DNA of 64,000 nucleotides from Candidatus Hermodarchaeum yapensis (GTDB taxonomy: Archaea; Asgardarchaeota; Hermodarchaeia; Hermodarchaeales; Hermodarchaeaceae), in assembly GCA_016840405.1 (NCBI GenBank), contig JAEOSK010000003.1, positions 1 to 64,000 of the forward strand. The letters run 5' to 3'. The position numbers and the translations under genes are program-made. Under the pieces are notes generated by a model. That model did no database searches. It saw nothing but the letters and a program-made list of their open reading frames with translations, and was not told where the DNA came from. Position 1 is the stretch's first letter; each line of letters starts with the position of its first letter. Positions 10,063 to 19,818 of the stretch are shown here, one piece after another.

Positions 10063-11343
10063 CTAAAAGTCCCCATCTGATACTTGATTCATACCCAGAG
10101 GTCGAAACTGTCCAATTGGAACTGGAATCCGGAGGCGATCGTTTTCTTCATTATATTGAACATGACCTAATTGGTCTAGGAGGCTCTTAACGCGTTGGCG
10201 GCGTTCGAAGTCTCTTTCTACATAATATAGTACACGTTTTTCGTCAAGGTGACCGTCAGAGAGCATGGTAGCAAGGAGGCGGGCTTGGAGGATTTCGATG
10301 TTGGGGAATTTGGGGTCATTAACGAAGCCGCCATCTCGGAAGCCGATGTGGCTTATTTCGGGTTTAATTATGTCGAACGAGGTTCCGACGGCGTCTAGTA
10401 TGATATGGAGTACTTCACCATGGAGGAATGGTTCACGGTTGCGCAGTTCGGGTAGTGGTTCGTAGCCTTCATGTTGGCGTTCGGTGTATTGCCCGATAAG
10501 GCGCGAGAATTTACTAATCCCGGCTGTATAGGAGTCAGTTTCGTTGTTGAAACCGAGGTGTCTGCAGGCGTTTTCGACAAGTTGATTTTTGAAATCAGGA
10601 TTCTTGAAGTGAAAGATTTCGTCGTTCCATAGGTTAAGCCAGTGCTGTGGGTTGGTGTTTTCGTGCCAGAGGTAGAGGACATTACTGACGACGCCGAGGC
10701 GGATTTTCGTGTGGGGAGTTTCGTGGGTTTTGAGGAGGGTGTTAAGGCGGGTTTCGATAGGGTGGCGGTGTTGGTGGATGGTTTGTGCGAATTGACGGAG
10801 CCAGGTGGGTCCGCGTTCGTGGTAGGGTCGGAGTTCGGCGAATATCACTCTAAGTTTAGTATCTGACTGATAGTAGAGGGATGCAATGGTAGTGGCAGGG
10901 AGTGTGGGGTTATGGCGTTCTGGGTGACCACGGAGCGGTCGGAGAGTATGGTAAACAGTACCAGCGTCAATGCAATGATTGTGGGCTTCAGGGGCTAGTT
11001 TGGCTTTGTGTTCGACGCGAGCGTTTTCGTGGGAAATTAGAGTTCTGAAGAGTCGGGGTTGTTTCTTTCCATTTAACCAAAAGCTGATTTGTGATTGATG
11101 AACGCCATAATGGTTGGCAAGTTGGTTTTGAGAAAAACTGGAGAAGATTTTGTTGTTTTGTTTCTTTTGTAGAGAAAGGAATGCTTGTGCGGTGTGATAA
11201 AGGTTCGGAAAGTTAGAGCGATCACGGAGGTAAGGATGATTATCAACTAGTTGGTGCAATTGTTGGACGGTGGTAATGAGAGTCGAATGTATATCTTGAT
11301 GATGGCGTTGAGAACCAAGTAGACTAGTACGCATCAAAGACAT
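10063..11343 (-). CDS. Hypothetical protein with an HTH-like segment and a C-terminal LAGLIDADG-like helix; possibly truncated
   Basis: SQNQLANHYGVHQSQISFWLNG (HTH-like); LLATMLSDGHL (LAGLIDADG-like); ORF ends about 60 aa after that motif. Confidence 0.45.
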   Translation of the reverse strand: MSLMRTSLLGSQRHHQDIHSTLITTVQQLHQLVDNHPYLRDRSNFPNLYHTAQAFLSLQKKQNNKIFSSFSQNQLANHYGVHQSQISFWLNGKKQPRLFRTLISHENARVEHKAKLAPEAHNHCIDAGTVYHTLRPLRGHPERHNPTLPATTIASLYYQSDTKLRVIFAELRPYHERGPTWLRQFAQTIHQHRHPIETRLNTLLKTHETPHTKIRLGVVSNVLYLWHENTNPQHWLNLWNDEIFHFKNPDFKNQLVENACRHLGFNNETDSYTAGISKFSRLIGQYTERQHEGYEPLPELRNREPFLHGEVLHIILDAVGTSFDIIKPEISHIGFRDGGFVNDPKFPNIEILQARLLATMLSDGHLDEKRVLYYVERDFERRQRVKSLLDQLGHVQYNEENDRLRIPVPIGQFRPLGMNQVSDGDF

Positions 11344-11604
11344 CTACTAGCATTACCATATCTCCTGAATGTTTTATATTGACAGAGACTAGCATCAAAC
11401 TAATCGTTTGGACTTCGAAGTGCGTGTGGTTGGATTCACTTAGCGATTTACTAGCGGTGTGATGATTAGTTAATTAAAACTCTTCAAAATCGTTCCTGCA
11501 CTAGTCAAAGAAATCAAGCGAGTTAAGACGCAGAAGTAGCCTTTTGCAGAGTCCTTTCCGTTAATTGATTGACGACAGAGTCATAGTATGTGATTCTTGC
11601 AGCG

Positions 11605-12045
11605 TTAGGCAACCATTGTTTCTTTGGCGATGAGACCTGCGACGAGGGCGAGGAGTCCGGGGATGGCTCCTAACAGGATGATGATGGTGTAAATGTCTGG
11701 TACGGGGGTTCCGGTCAAGAGGTAGGAGAAGTAACCGGGTAGGACGCCGCAAAGGATGATTGCGATGATTCCGGTGATGATGAGACCGATTTTTAGTTTG
11801 CTGGGTTTGATGAGGAAGATGATCCAGAGGATGAAGAATATCGTACCGGCGAGGATGCTGAGGGCGAGTGAGCCCATCAGGTTGCTGGCCATGACTAATT
11901 GTGGGTCGAGGGGGTCGAACACTGCGACCAATGCGATGCCGATGAGGTAGATGACGAACAAGAAGATGAAGAAGATGTTATAGATGAGTTGGATGACAAT
12001 TCCAAAGATGACCAAAACGCGTGAAGCATTTCTTTCTGCCACCAT
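11605..12045 (-). CDS. Hypothetical membrane protein (about 4 TM)
   Basis: Four hydrophobic segments; GGAGG SD upstream. Confidence 0.75.
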   Translation of the reverse strand: MVAERNASRVLVIFGIVIQLIYNIFFIFLFVIYLIGIALVAVFDPLDPQLVMASNLMGSLALSILAGTIFFILWIIFLIKPSKLKIGLIITGIIAIILCGVLPGYFSYLLTGTPVPDIYTIIILLGAIPGLLALVAGLIAKETMVA

Positions 12046-12332
12046 TAATAACCTCCATAAGGTTGAATGTCAGGGAGTATTGACTTGTGAGCTATTAAAT
12101 ACAATAGTAGCATAGGCGTAGACCTCACAGGAAGAATGTTTTGACTACTCTGGAATCCCTAGGAAACCCAGAAGTTTCTTTGTTTTAGAATAACCAAAAA
12201 ATGTCTCTAGGCGGGCGTTTCTGAACAGCGTTGAGCTGGTGAAAATGCGTGAGACACTTCAGGCGATGAAGAAGAAACCATATTTTTTAATAATTATCCT
12301 TATTTTCAGAAAGTTCTTTCATTTCCCTAGAA

Positions 12333-13106
12333 TCAGATCTTCTTAGTTCCTACGGATATGAGATTACGACTTTGTTGTGGATTAAAGGGTTGTTCGTTGT
12401 AGTCTTGGTAAAAGACCAGATGCTTGAATCCGGCGTCTTGTAATGCTGATTTGAGGATCGGTTTATTGAGTTGAAGTACTTGTTGTGAGCTGAGTGTAGG
12501 TTGCCATCCTGCTTCGGTTCGAATGATGCCGAAAAAGACAAGATGTCGGGACTCATCAGTTTTCTCTGGTTCAAAGAATCGAGCAAATACTACTTCCTTT
12601 CCATCTTTTGTTTGTCCTGATTTCAAGGGGAAAAAGCGGAATCCTGTGTGACGGATTTCTTCAAAATTTAGTGTCTGAGAAACGAACGAGCCACCTTCTG
12701 TGAGTAGTTGAAAGATATTAGTGAGAGTTTGTTGCACGTCAGTTAAGGCGTGAAGAAGGGCTAATGAGTTTCCTAAGCAAGCGACGAGATCGAATGGACC
12801 TTCAAGGAGCTCTGTTACCTGACGCATGTCCGCAATGGAAAACTGAACGACGACTCCCTTTTCTTTTGCATGGTGCTTGGCGGCTTCAATCATTTGTGGG
12901 CTTAAATCAAGTCCTGTAACTCCATAGCCTTGAGAGGCGAGTGCAACTGCATGTCGACCGCTGCCACAGGCTAAATCAAGGATTCGAGCATTTGGTGTAT
13001 CTTGAATAACCTTGATTAGAAAGGGGATTTCACGGGCAAGCCGTTGTTCCCAGTCGATGGCTTGATCGTAAATGAAGGCGAGGTCTTCAAAGACTGGCAT
13101 TCTCAT
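12333..13106 (-). CDS. Class I SAM-dependent methyltransferase
   Basis: ILDLACGSG motif I, GLDLS, ADMR, FDLVACLGNS. Confidence 0.9.
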   Translation of the reverse strand: MRMPVFEDLAFIYDQAIDWEQRLAREIPFLIKVIQDTPNARILDLACGSGRHAVALASQGYGVTGLDLSPQMIEAAKHHAKEKGVVVQFSIADMRQVTELLEGPFDLVACLGNSLALLHALTDVQQTLTNIFQLLTEGGSFVSQTLNFEEIRHTGFRFFPLKSGQTKDGKEVVFARFFEPEKTDESRHLVFFGIIRTEAGWQPTLSSQQVLQLNKPILKSALQDAGFKHLVFYQDYNEQPFNPQQSRNLISVGTKKI

Positions 13107-13140
13107 CGACTACATTCGTTCAATGGTTTTTCAAGGTTGA

Positions 13141-14400
13141 TTACTTACTACTTGCCTTCTTTATTACTTCGGCGAACTGGTACACTTCGGTGAAGGTGTT
13201 GTAGAAGGGTGTGGGAGCGACTCGGATGACATCGGGTTCACGCCAATCACAATAGATACCTGCTTGAGTGAGATGGTCAAACAGCTCCTTCCCATTTTGG
13301 TGCGTGCGAATCGAAAGTTGACACCCCCGGTAATCAGGATTGCTGGGAGTGAGAATGGAGAACTGGTCACTGCCAATTTCATTGAGGAGAAATTCAAGGT
13401 ATCCTGTCAGTTTCACCGATTTCTCCCGTAGTTGGGTCATGGTTGTGGTATCAAAAAGTTTCATTGAGGCATCCAAGGATGCCAAAGCTAGGGGGGAAAT
13501 ACAGCTGATTTGCCAGCCACTAGCGCCCACAATTGGGTCAATATCAGGACGCATGAGGAACCGATTCTCAAGTTTATTGCCCCACCAGCCTTCAAATCGT
13601 GGTAAATCAGAAGCCAGCTCATGTTGTTCATGAACGAAGCAGCCCCCGGGTCCAGCGGGTCCGCCATTCATGTACTTGTAGGTGCACCACACGGCGAAAT
13701 CGACTTTCCAACCATGAAGCTTCAGGAGTATGTTTCCTGCCGCATGGGCCAGATCATAGCCAACAACACATCCATATTCATGACCTAGCTGGGCAATGTA
13801 GGCAAGGTCAAAAGCTTGCCCCGAATAGTAATTCACCCCACCAAGGAGAATTAGTGCAATGGAATCCCCCTCTTTTTCCAACACCTGACGGAAATCGTCG
13901 TTTTGTAGAGTGGCTTCACCCGGTTGCGCTTTAACCTCGATCAAAGCATCAGCGGGATTGATGCCATGGAACCGCATTTGGGATTTGATAGCGTAATGGT
14001 CACTTGGAAACACCTTCTGCTCAATTATCACCTTGTATCGCGAAGTAGTCGGACGATAAAAGGAAACCAGCATGAGATGAAGGTTGACCGTCAACGAATT
14101 CATGAGCACAACTTCTGTGGACTTAGCGCCCATAATGCGTGCAACACTATCACGAACAGCATCCTCATATGATACCCAGGGACGATCACCTTTAGTGTAG
14201 GCTTCTACTCCCCACTGTTCCCAGCTATTCATTACCGATTCAAGATGAGCCCGTACGGTTTTCGGTTGTAACCCCAGAGAGTTACCAAGAAAATAGATAG
14301 GTGGAGTTTTTCCTGTGTCTGCGGGAAGGTGAAACTCGTCACGATATTGGTGAAGGGGATCCTTAGCATCCATTTCCGAAGCATAGTCTTTGCTAACCAT
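13141..14400 (-). CDS. kynU: Kynureninase (PLP-dependent)
   Basis: YFLGNSLGLQP, MNSLTVNLH, FPSDHYA, DLAHAAGN, WCTYKYMNGGP and DWREPDVIRVAP motifs; start taken at ATG 14400, exact start uncertain. Confidence 0.93.
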   Translation of the reverse strand: MVSKDYASEMDAKDPLHQYRDEFHLPADTGKTPPIYFLGNSLGLQPKTVRAHLESVMNSWEQWGVEAYTKGDRPWVSYEDAVRDSVARIMGAKSTEVVLMNSLTVNLHLMLVSFYRPTTSRYKVIIEQKVFPSDHYAIKSQMRFHGINPADALIEVKAQPGEATLQNDDFRQVLEKEGDSIALILLGGVNYYSGQAFDLAYIAQLGHEYGCVVGYDLAHAAGNILLKLHGWKVDFAVWCTYKYMNGGPAGPGGCFVHEQHELASDLPRFEGWWGNKLENRFLMRPDIDPIVGASGWQISCISPLALASLDASMKLFDTTTMTQLREKSVKLTGYLEFLLNEIGSDQFSILTPSNPDYRGCQLSIRTHQNGKELFDHLTQAGIYCDWREPDVIRVAPTPFYNTFTEVYQFAEVIKKASSK

Positions 14401-14605
14401 GGAATCTGTCACAATCGTCACATCCTGTGCCAAATTAGGACCTAACGTTCCCCTTAAGCACCTACTAACAGCCCAAAAAAAGAGCAAGTGGAATATTGCC
14501 AAAAACGTTATAATCAACCAGCAAAACACCCGTGTAGAAAAGGTTAATTAATCAAATTTTGTAAGTCCAATTGAAGCCAGCTCGTCTGCTGGAGGCTACA
14601 GAACT

Positions 14606-14782
14606 ATGTCAAAACAATATCTTGAATGCCCACTTTGTGGTAACACCCAATTTCGAAAAGAACAAGGTCGTATGGACAGTAAATGGGGATTCACCTCCCA
14701 CAAAATCACGCTCATGATTTGTGAGCAATGTCGCTTCATCATGCAATTCTCGAAAGGTCGCTCAATCTTCGACTTCGACTAG
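14606..14782 (+). CDS. Small zinc-ribbon protein (58 aa; below the ORF-track cutoff)
   Basis: MSKQYLECPLCGNTQFRKEQGRMDSKWGFTSHKITLMICEQCRFIMQFSKGRSIFDFD has two CxxC; GGAGG SD upstream. Confidence 0.8.
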   Translation: MSKQYLECPLCGNTQFRKEQGRMDSKWGFTSHKITLMICEQCRFIMQFSKGRSIFDFD

Positions 14783-14935
14783 GTACAACCTCGAAGTAGT
14801 ATCCACTAACATTTCTAGCAATCTATGGGCGTTTCCATTTCATTCGACTGCTGAAGCCCGCTTCGCCCTCTCAGAAGCGCTTACATGCGGTTTTATAAAG
14901 GTAATCAGGGGTGAGTTCGTGAAGGAGGCTTCAAC

Positions 14936-15151
14936 TTGTCAGAACCAGAAAAAGAGTGCTTTGGTCTGCCCTATGGTAGCGCTATTTGTGGACTGATCAT
15001 TGGTGTAATCATCATCCTATGGGCTCTGTCTTACTTTATCCCAGCTCTCCAAATTATCTGGACATTGTGGTGGCCCATCCTACTCCTGATTGTAGGAGTA
15101 TTAATTATCGCAGGAGCACTCTATGGAATGTTTCGAGGCCGGAGAAGGTAA
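14936..15151 (+). CDS. Small membrane protein (2 TM, WWPILL motif)
   Basis: AGGAGG SD, TTG start, two hydrophobic helices. Confidence 0.75.
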   Translation: MSEPEKECFGLPYGSAICGLIIGVIIILWALSYFIPALQIIWTLWWPILLLIVGVLIIAGALYGMFRGRRR

Positions 15152-15192
15152 CTCAACTACATGATTTTCAAAGGAATCAGCCATTAGTTGGT

Positions 15193-15633
15193 TCACTGAT
15201 AATCCCGGGTGTAATGTTCGGGATCTTCGACGATGTTATAGCGGTTTCCATCAGGGTCTTCAAATCCAGCCATGATACCACCCCAGGGCATCTCTTCCGG
15301 AGGCAAAAAGAACCGGACTCCCCGTTCTTTCAATTTTTTATACAATTTATTCATGTCCCGTGTCTCAAAGGTGATCCCTGTACTCTGACCAATTTGACCC
15401 AACTGCCACTCATACAGGATAGGATCGGCATCCGGATTTGGCTCAACAAACGCGATTTTCGCTCGGTCACCGGCTGGACCTATTTCCACCCACCCGAACC
15501 GTGGAGCATACAATATCACAGGAATTTCGAGAATATCCTGGAAAAAGTTCATCGCCTCCTCCTGATTGGAAACAAACACGCGAATCGTCCAAATACGATG
15601 AATCAAACTATCTGAACTTTCATTTGACGTCAT
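15193..15633 (-). CDS. VOC/glyoxalase family protein
   Basis: FFQDILE, GVRF, MPWGG and FEDPDGN motifs. Confidence 0.88.
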   Translation of the reverse strand: MTSNESSDSLIHRIWTIRVFVSNQEEAMNFFQDILEIPVILYAPRFGWVEIGPAGDRAKIAFVEPNPDADPILYEWQLGQIGQSTGITFETRDMNKLYKKLKERGVRFFLPPEEMPWGGIMAGFEDPDGNRYNIVEDPEHYTRDYQ

Positions 15634-15729
15634 AATAGCCCACCACTAACGTCCTCACCCTTTACAGTCATAACTGTTACTTCTTTCTAACTCAAACTTA
15701 CAAGACTTCCTCTCCCCTCCATAAACGGA

Positions 15730-16368
15730 TTAATCGATGAGTTCGAGCCATTTGAGAACAGCCTGGACGAGAAGCACACATCCTACAATACTCATCACAC
15801 CCGTAGTAAGATACCAAAAATCAGGCCACAAAAATCCAGGGAAAACAAAGATAGCTAGTAAGTCCAAATGCCCGAGAAAACTCAACTCTTGATTTACTCC
15901 GTCATGAAGGGTTAAATGAATACCAAACCCGAGAGAGTGATTCCCCAAAGATCCAATTGAAATTCTATAAGCAGCGTACATCCAAAATCCAGTAGTATTG
16001 AAGAGCTTCAAGAAATTGTGATTACTGTATACTCTATCATACCATTCATCGGGGTCTGGAACATTCATAATGGTAAGAAATAATTCACTTACACTAACAT
16101 TCATTGGAACCCCACTGAGAATCCGAAACGATCCATTGATGGTTACATACTCGCTACGCTGCTGGTAAAAAATCGGTTTAACAGAAATCGTAAGCTCCCC
16201 ACTAACAAGTGATGACGTAGAATCCTCCAAGGAAACAGTTCTCCTCTGACCCTGTCTTTCCCCAATCCGATATTGCTCGTGAAACAAAAACACTCCGAAA
16301 GTCGAAATCAGAAGTATCACGAAGAGAATGGCAACGGCCCCATAAACCATTCGGCGCATCACTCTCAT
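15730..16368 (-). CDS. Hypothetical protein with N- and C-terminal TM helices
   Basis: 212-aa ORF with hydrophobic ends. Confidence 0.6.
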   Translation of the reverse strand: MRVMRRMVYGAVAILFVILLISTFGVFLFHEQYRIGERQGQRRTVSLEDSTSSLVSGELTISVKPIFYQQRSEYVTINGSFRILSGVPMNVSVSELFLTIMNVPDPDEWYDRVYSNHNFLKLFNTTGFWMYAAYRISIGSLGNHSLGFGIHLTLHDGVNQELSFLGHLDLLAIFVFPGFLWPDFWYLTTGVMSIVGCVLLVQAVLKWLELID

Positions 16369-16602
16369 CCCTAAGGTTATTCCTTGACTCCACCTTCTTA
16401 TACCTTTAGAAACAAAAGATATATTCTTTTATGAATTTGAAACCATTGTAAAATTCGAGGAACCGTTTCCAAGGGGAAGCCCAAGCATGACAATGTCGTG
16501 GATGGAACAAGTGGTCAGACAGTGGCTCAAGCGACGTCGAGCAGAACTAATCCAACAGAATCAAGCCAACATCAGAGCACTCACTAAGGGCTAACGTATG
16601 AT

Positions 16603-16914
16603 GTGAGACTGATACAGAATGATAAGCCATCTCCTCAAGTTGATGAGATTCAATGTCCCAAATGTAAGAGCAAACAAATCATGGAATGGAAACCCGCATG
16701 GGAACCACGCTCCTCATCCATCCGCCTCATGTTCATGGAAAAACCCGAACCCCTAGCCAAACCCCGAGGATTCCAATGCCCTAACTGCGTACACATCTGG
16801 AAAAACACATACCCAGAACACGTATGGCGCCCCTGGGTTAAAAAACAAGGACCGTCCCTCGAACAGGAACTCGATTCCCTCCGCAAAATCGCCAGAGGAC
16901 GCAGAAGGAAATGA
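16603..16914 (+). CDS. Zinc-ribbon hypothetical protein
   Basis: CPKC...CPNC motifs. Confidence 0.65.
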   Translation: MRLIQNDKPSPQVDEIQCPKCKSKQIMEWKPAWEPRSSSIRLMFMEKPEPLAKPRGFQCPNCVHIWKNTYPEHVWRPWVKKQGPSLEQELDSLRKIARGRRRK

Positions 16915-16980
16915 ATACTTCACAAAGGCTTTAATAGACAAACAATCTGATTGCCGCCGTAAACATATGGAGGTCCACTT

Positions 16981-18210
16981 ATGGATTTTGAATTTTCACC
17001 TGACGAAGAACTTTTTCGCCAAACGGTGCGTGAATTCGCTCAAAAAGAAATTCGTCCCTATACACGGGAAATGGACGAGACCGGTCAATTGCCGAAAGGT
17101 TTGGTCAAGAAGATGGCTGATCTCGGTCTTTTGGGCATAACGATCCCGGAGAAATATGGTGGAGCAGGCGGTAACTTCATGCAAACCTGTATCGCAGCTG
17201 AGGAACTTGCACGCGCAGATCTCAGCATTGCTATCCCCGTCTTCTACCTCGTTGAAGCTAGCTGGGCCTGGGTCTTCGCCCGTCATGGCACAGAAGAAGC
17301 CAAGCAGGAGATATTACCCAAAGTTGCTAGCGGGGAATATTTCTTTGGAATTGCGACAACAGAGCCTGGAGGAGGCAGTGACATTGTCGGCGCAACAACA
17401 ACGACCATTGCCCCCAAAGGCGATAAGTACGTTGTAAACGGCGAGAAGGTCTACATCAGTGGTATTCGTGAATCAACCACTGAGATGAAAGGCCGCTACT
17501 TCACCACTGCCTACTTGGACAAGAAGGCGAAGCCAAAGCACCGTGGTATTGCTGCGTTCATTCTTCCGGTTGAAAAGGATACACCGGGTCTGACTCCTAC
17601 ACTCTTTGAGGATTGGGGTCGAATGGGTATTAGTACTGGAGGCTTTGCCATGGACAACGTGGAGATTCCGAAGCATTGGTTGATTGGTGAACCAAACCGT
17701 GGCTTCGTGTACTCTATGGAAGGTTTTTCTGCCGCACGTGTCATCATTGGTGCTACCTGTATCGGTTGTGCCCTTGAAGCCCTCGAGATTGGGAAGAACT
17801 ATATCCGCCAACGCAAAGCCTTTGGCAAAGAACTTGGGAAATATGAAGGAATCAGCTTCCCGCTCGCTGAATGGCATAGCAAACTCATGGGCGATCGCCT
17901 AATTATGTACAATGCCGCGTGGATAATGGATAAAATGTATTCGGGTGACAGCAAGTACACGCATTTCGATGTTGCTCTCTGGACTGCTATGGCTAAACTT
18001 CGCGCACCCATTGATGCTTTCGCGATCCTCAACGAAGTTGCTGATTGGCACGGAGCGTTTGCTTATACCAAGGACAGTGAACTGGACTTGGGCATTCGTG
18101 GTGTCCGCAGCTACAGTATTGGAGCTGAGGGTGGTATGAATGTTATGCGGCTGATTATTGCCCGTGAACTATTGGGTAAGGATTTCGTTCCGTACGATCG
18201 ACAGGAATAG
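16981..18210 (+). CDS. Acyl-CoA dehydrogenase
   Basis: PEKYGGAG, TEPGGGSD, NGEKVYIS and RKAFGK motifs. Confidence 0.92.
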   Translation: MDFEFSPDEELFRQTVREFAQKEIRPYTREMDETGQLPKGLVKKMADLGLLGITIPEKYGGAGGNFMQTCIAAEELARADLSIAIPVFYLVEASWAWVFARHGTEEAKQEILPKVASGEYFFGIATTEPGGGSDIVGATTTTIAPKGDKYVVNGEKVYISGIRESTTEMKGRYFTTAYLDKKAKPKHRGIAAFILPVEKDTPGLTPTLFEDWGRMGISTGGFAMDNVEIPKHWLIGEPNRGFVYSMEGFSAARVIIGATCIGCALEALEIGKNYIRQRKAFGKELGKYEGISFPLAEWHSKLMGDRLIMYNAAWIMDKMYSGDSKYTHFDVALWTAMAKLRAPIDAFAILNEVADWHGAFAYTKDSELDLGIRGVRSYSIGAEGGMNVMRLIIARELLGKDFVPYDRQE

Positions 18211-18239
18211 CATTGGTTGGCCAGGTTTTCGTTCAAAGC

Positions 18240-18737
18240 TTAAGGCTCGTTCTTTCGCTTCCTGGCATACAGTGGTATGGTTATGCCTACTAGGAGACCC
18301 AAGAAGATAGCTGTAAGTGGAAATCCAGGGATTTGAGCACAAGAATCCATTTCGAGCCAGATTGTATACTCTCCTGTAACGTTGACAATATCTGGTCCAG
18401 GATTCACCCATTCGATGACCCAAGTGGCGTTTACGGGTATGATGAATTCGAAACTGCCTGAGGTTTGGTTTTCATAAGCCTGTTTAAGATACTGTTCTGA
18501 ACTCGATGATGAGTTAAAGATATAGACATGGATTAGTTGATTGACACTTGACCAGTTGAAGAGTCGTCTGGCTCTCATGTCTGATGCATGCATGTTCCAA
18601 TGTCTGTAGTCTCCGGCTGGAATGGATTCATCTAATTCTTCTGTCGTCAGTTGGCACCATTCAGCTGAGACTTGTGGTAAGAGTAGGAATATGAGAAGAT
18701 ATATGCCTGTGAGGACGGGAATTATCCTTCGTGTCGT
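18240..18737 (-). CDS. Secreted/surface protein with signal peptide and IPGF-TM-basic (Loki-CTERM/PGF-CTERM-like) sorting signal
   Basis: Frame extends 48 codons upstream of ATG 18593 through a signal peptide (RRIIPVLTGIYLLIFLLLPQVSA-E); C-terminus QIPGFPLTAIFLGLLVGITIPLYARKRK; start placed at ACG after GGAGGTGG. Confidence 0.7.
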   Translation of the reverse strand, partial: TTRRIIPVLTGIYLLIFLLLPQVSAEWCQLTTEELDESIPAGDYRHWNMHASDMRARRLFNWSSVNQLIHVYIFNSSSSSEQYLKQAYENQTSGSFEFIIPVNATWVIEWVNPGPDIVNVTGEYTIWLEMDSCAQIPGFPLTAIFLGLLVGITIPLYARKRKNEP

Positions 18738-18883
18738 AGAACCACCTCCGACTCACCTGTTCCCTTTGGTGATATAGAACACTGCTGACTTTGGAGGATA
18801 ACAAGTGAACCGAACTAGCTTACACTTTGAGTGAGGGGATTCCCGCACCCCTTCTCTTTTCCTAATGTCTTTGTTTTTGTTGA

Positions 18884-19651
18884 TTACATGTCCGGGTCAT
18901 ATTTGATGTAGAAGTAGGGATGACAATCCTGGGGTTTTAGCTCTTCGAGAAGTGTTGCTGGTTGCATCCAAATCGTGGTTTGTGTAGCGTAGGCGGTCAT
19001 GGTGACTTCGTTGACGGGGATTTCGTGGAGTAAGTCTTTGTGGGATTTTTGTAGTGTGAGGGTTCCGGACCCGATTTCAATGGGTCCGTAGTCTACTTTG
19101 CTTTGATGTCGAATAAGGCTGGGATGGTCGTCAACGCCAATTGCATGTAGGCTTGGGAAGGCTTTTAGGACAAAATGGGGAGAACCTGTGAATTTCTCGG
19201 GGAATGGAGCTTGGATGTCAGCGTTAATTTCAATGATTGGTATGCCCCGTCGAATACAAGTTCCTTTGATGTGATTGCCTTGACGTATAAGTGTGATAGA
19301 GTCTGCAATTTTTTTCGGGTAGCCATACACTTCGCGACCTGCGGCCATTGCGATATCGTTGTCTACGGGCATGGAGAGACAATAGTTACCGATTTCATCT
19401 TTGTATTGGGCTTGGATGAAAAGTGCGGCTTCGTTGTATTTGATACCAAAATTCGTTTTTTGAAATTCTGCGACATAGGCGTATGCGAGTGGCTCTGGAC
19501 TGGGTGTCAGAGGGGGTGGTAAAATCTGCTTGATAATCGCATGATCTGTTTTGAAGAAAGCTAAGACCATATTCACATCGCCAAGCATGAAGCCGTTGGC
19601 GTACTTTTTCTTCCGTGTTTGGAAGTCGTCTGGGGTTTGAACAAGTTTCAT
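18884..19651 (-). CDS. Acetoacetate decarboxylase family protein
   Basis: YNEAAL and AGREVYGYPKK (catalytic Lys motif). Confidence 0.85.
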   Translation of the reverse strand: MKLVQTPDDFQTRKKKYANGFMLGDVNMVLAFFKTDHAIIKQILPPPLTPSPEPLAYAYVAEFQKTNFGIKYNEAALFIQAQYKDEIGNYCLSMPVDNDIAMAAGREVYGYPKKIADSITLIRQGNHIKGTCIRRGIPIIEINADIQAPFPEKFTGSPHFVLKAFPSLHAIGVDDHPSLIRHQSKVDYGPIEIGSGTLTLQKSHKDLLHEIPVNEVTMTAYATQTTIWMQPATLLEELKPQDCHPYFYIKYDPDM

Positions 19652-19818
19652 TGTAATCCCAACTAATGCCAGGTATTGTTAGGGGTTGTTGTATTAATGG
19701 CTATGTGTTTTGAGGAAGGTTTAACGCTACATGGAGGTGAGGAATGGAATTTGAGTTGGGGTTAGTAAATCCCTATTATTCTTGAAGCCTCTTTTCTTTT
19801 TGTAGCATATCGTTAGGG

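Noticed and set aside
9900-10200. Replication origin at the skew flip
   Set aside because: No ORB-like repeats, no cdc6/orc1 and no AT-rich unwinding region; similar skew follows gene direction elsewhere in the window
14986-15615. 209-aa plus-strand ORF
   Set aside because: Antisense to the VOC gene and out of frame with the small membrane gene
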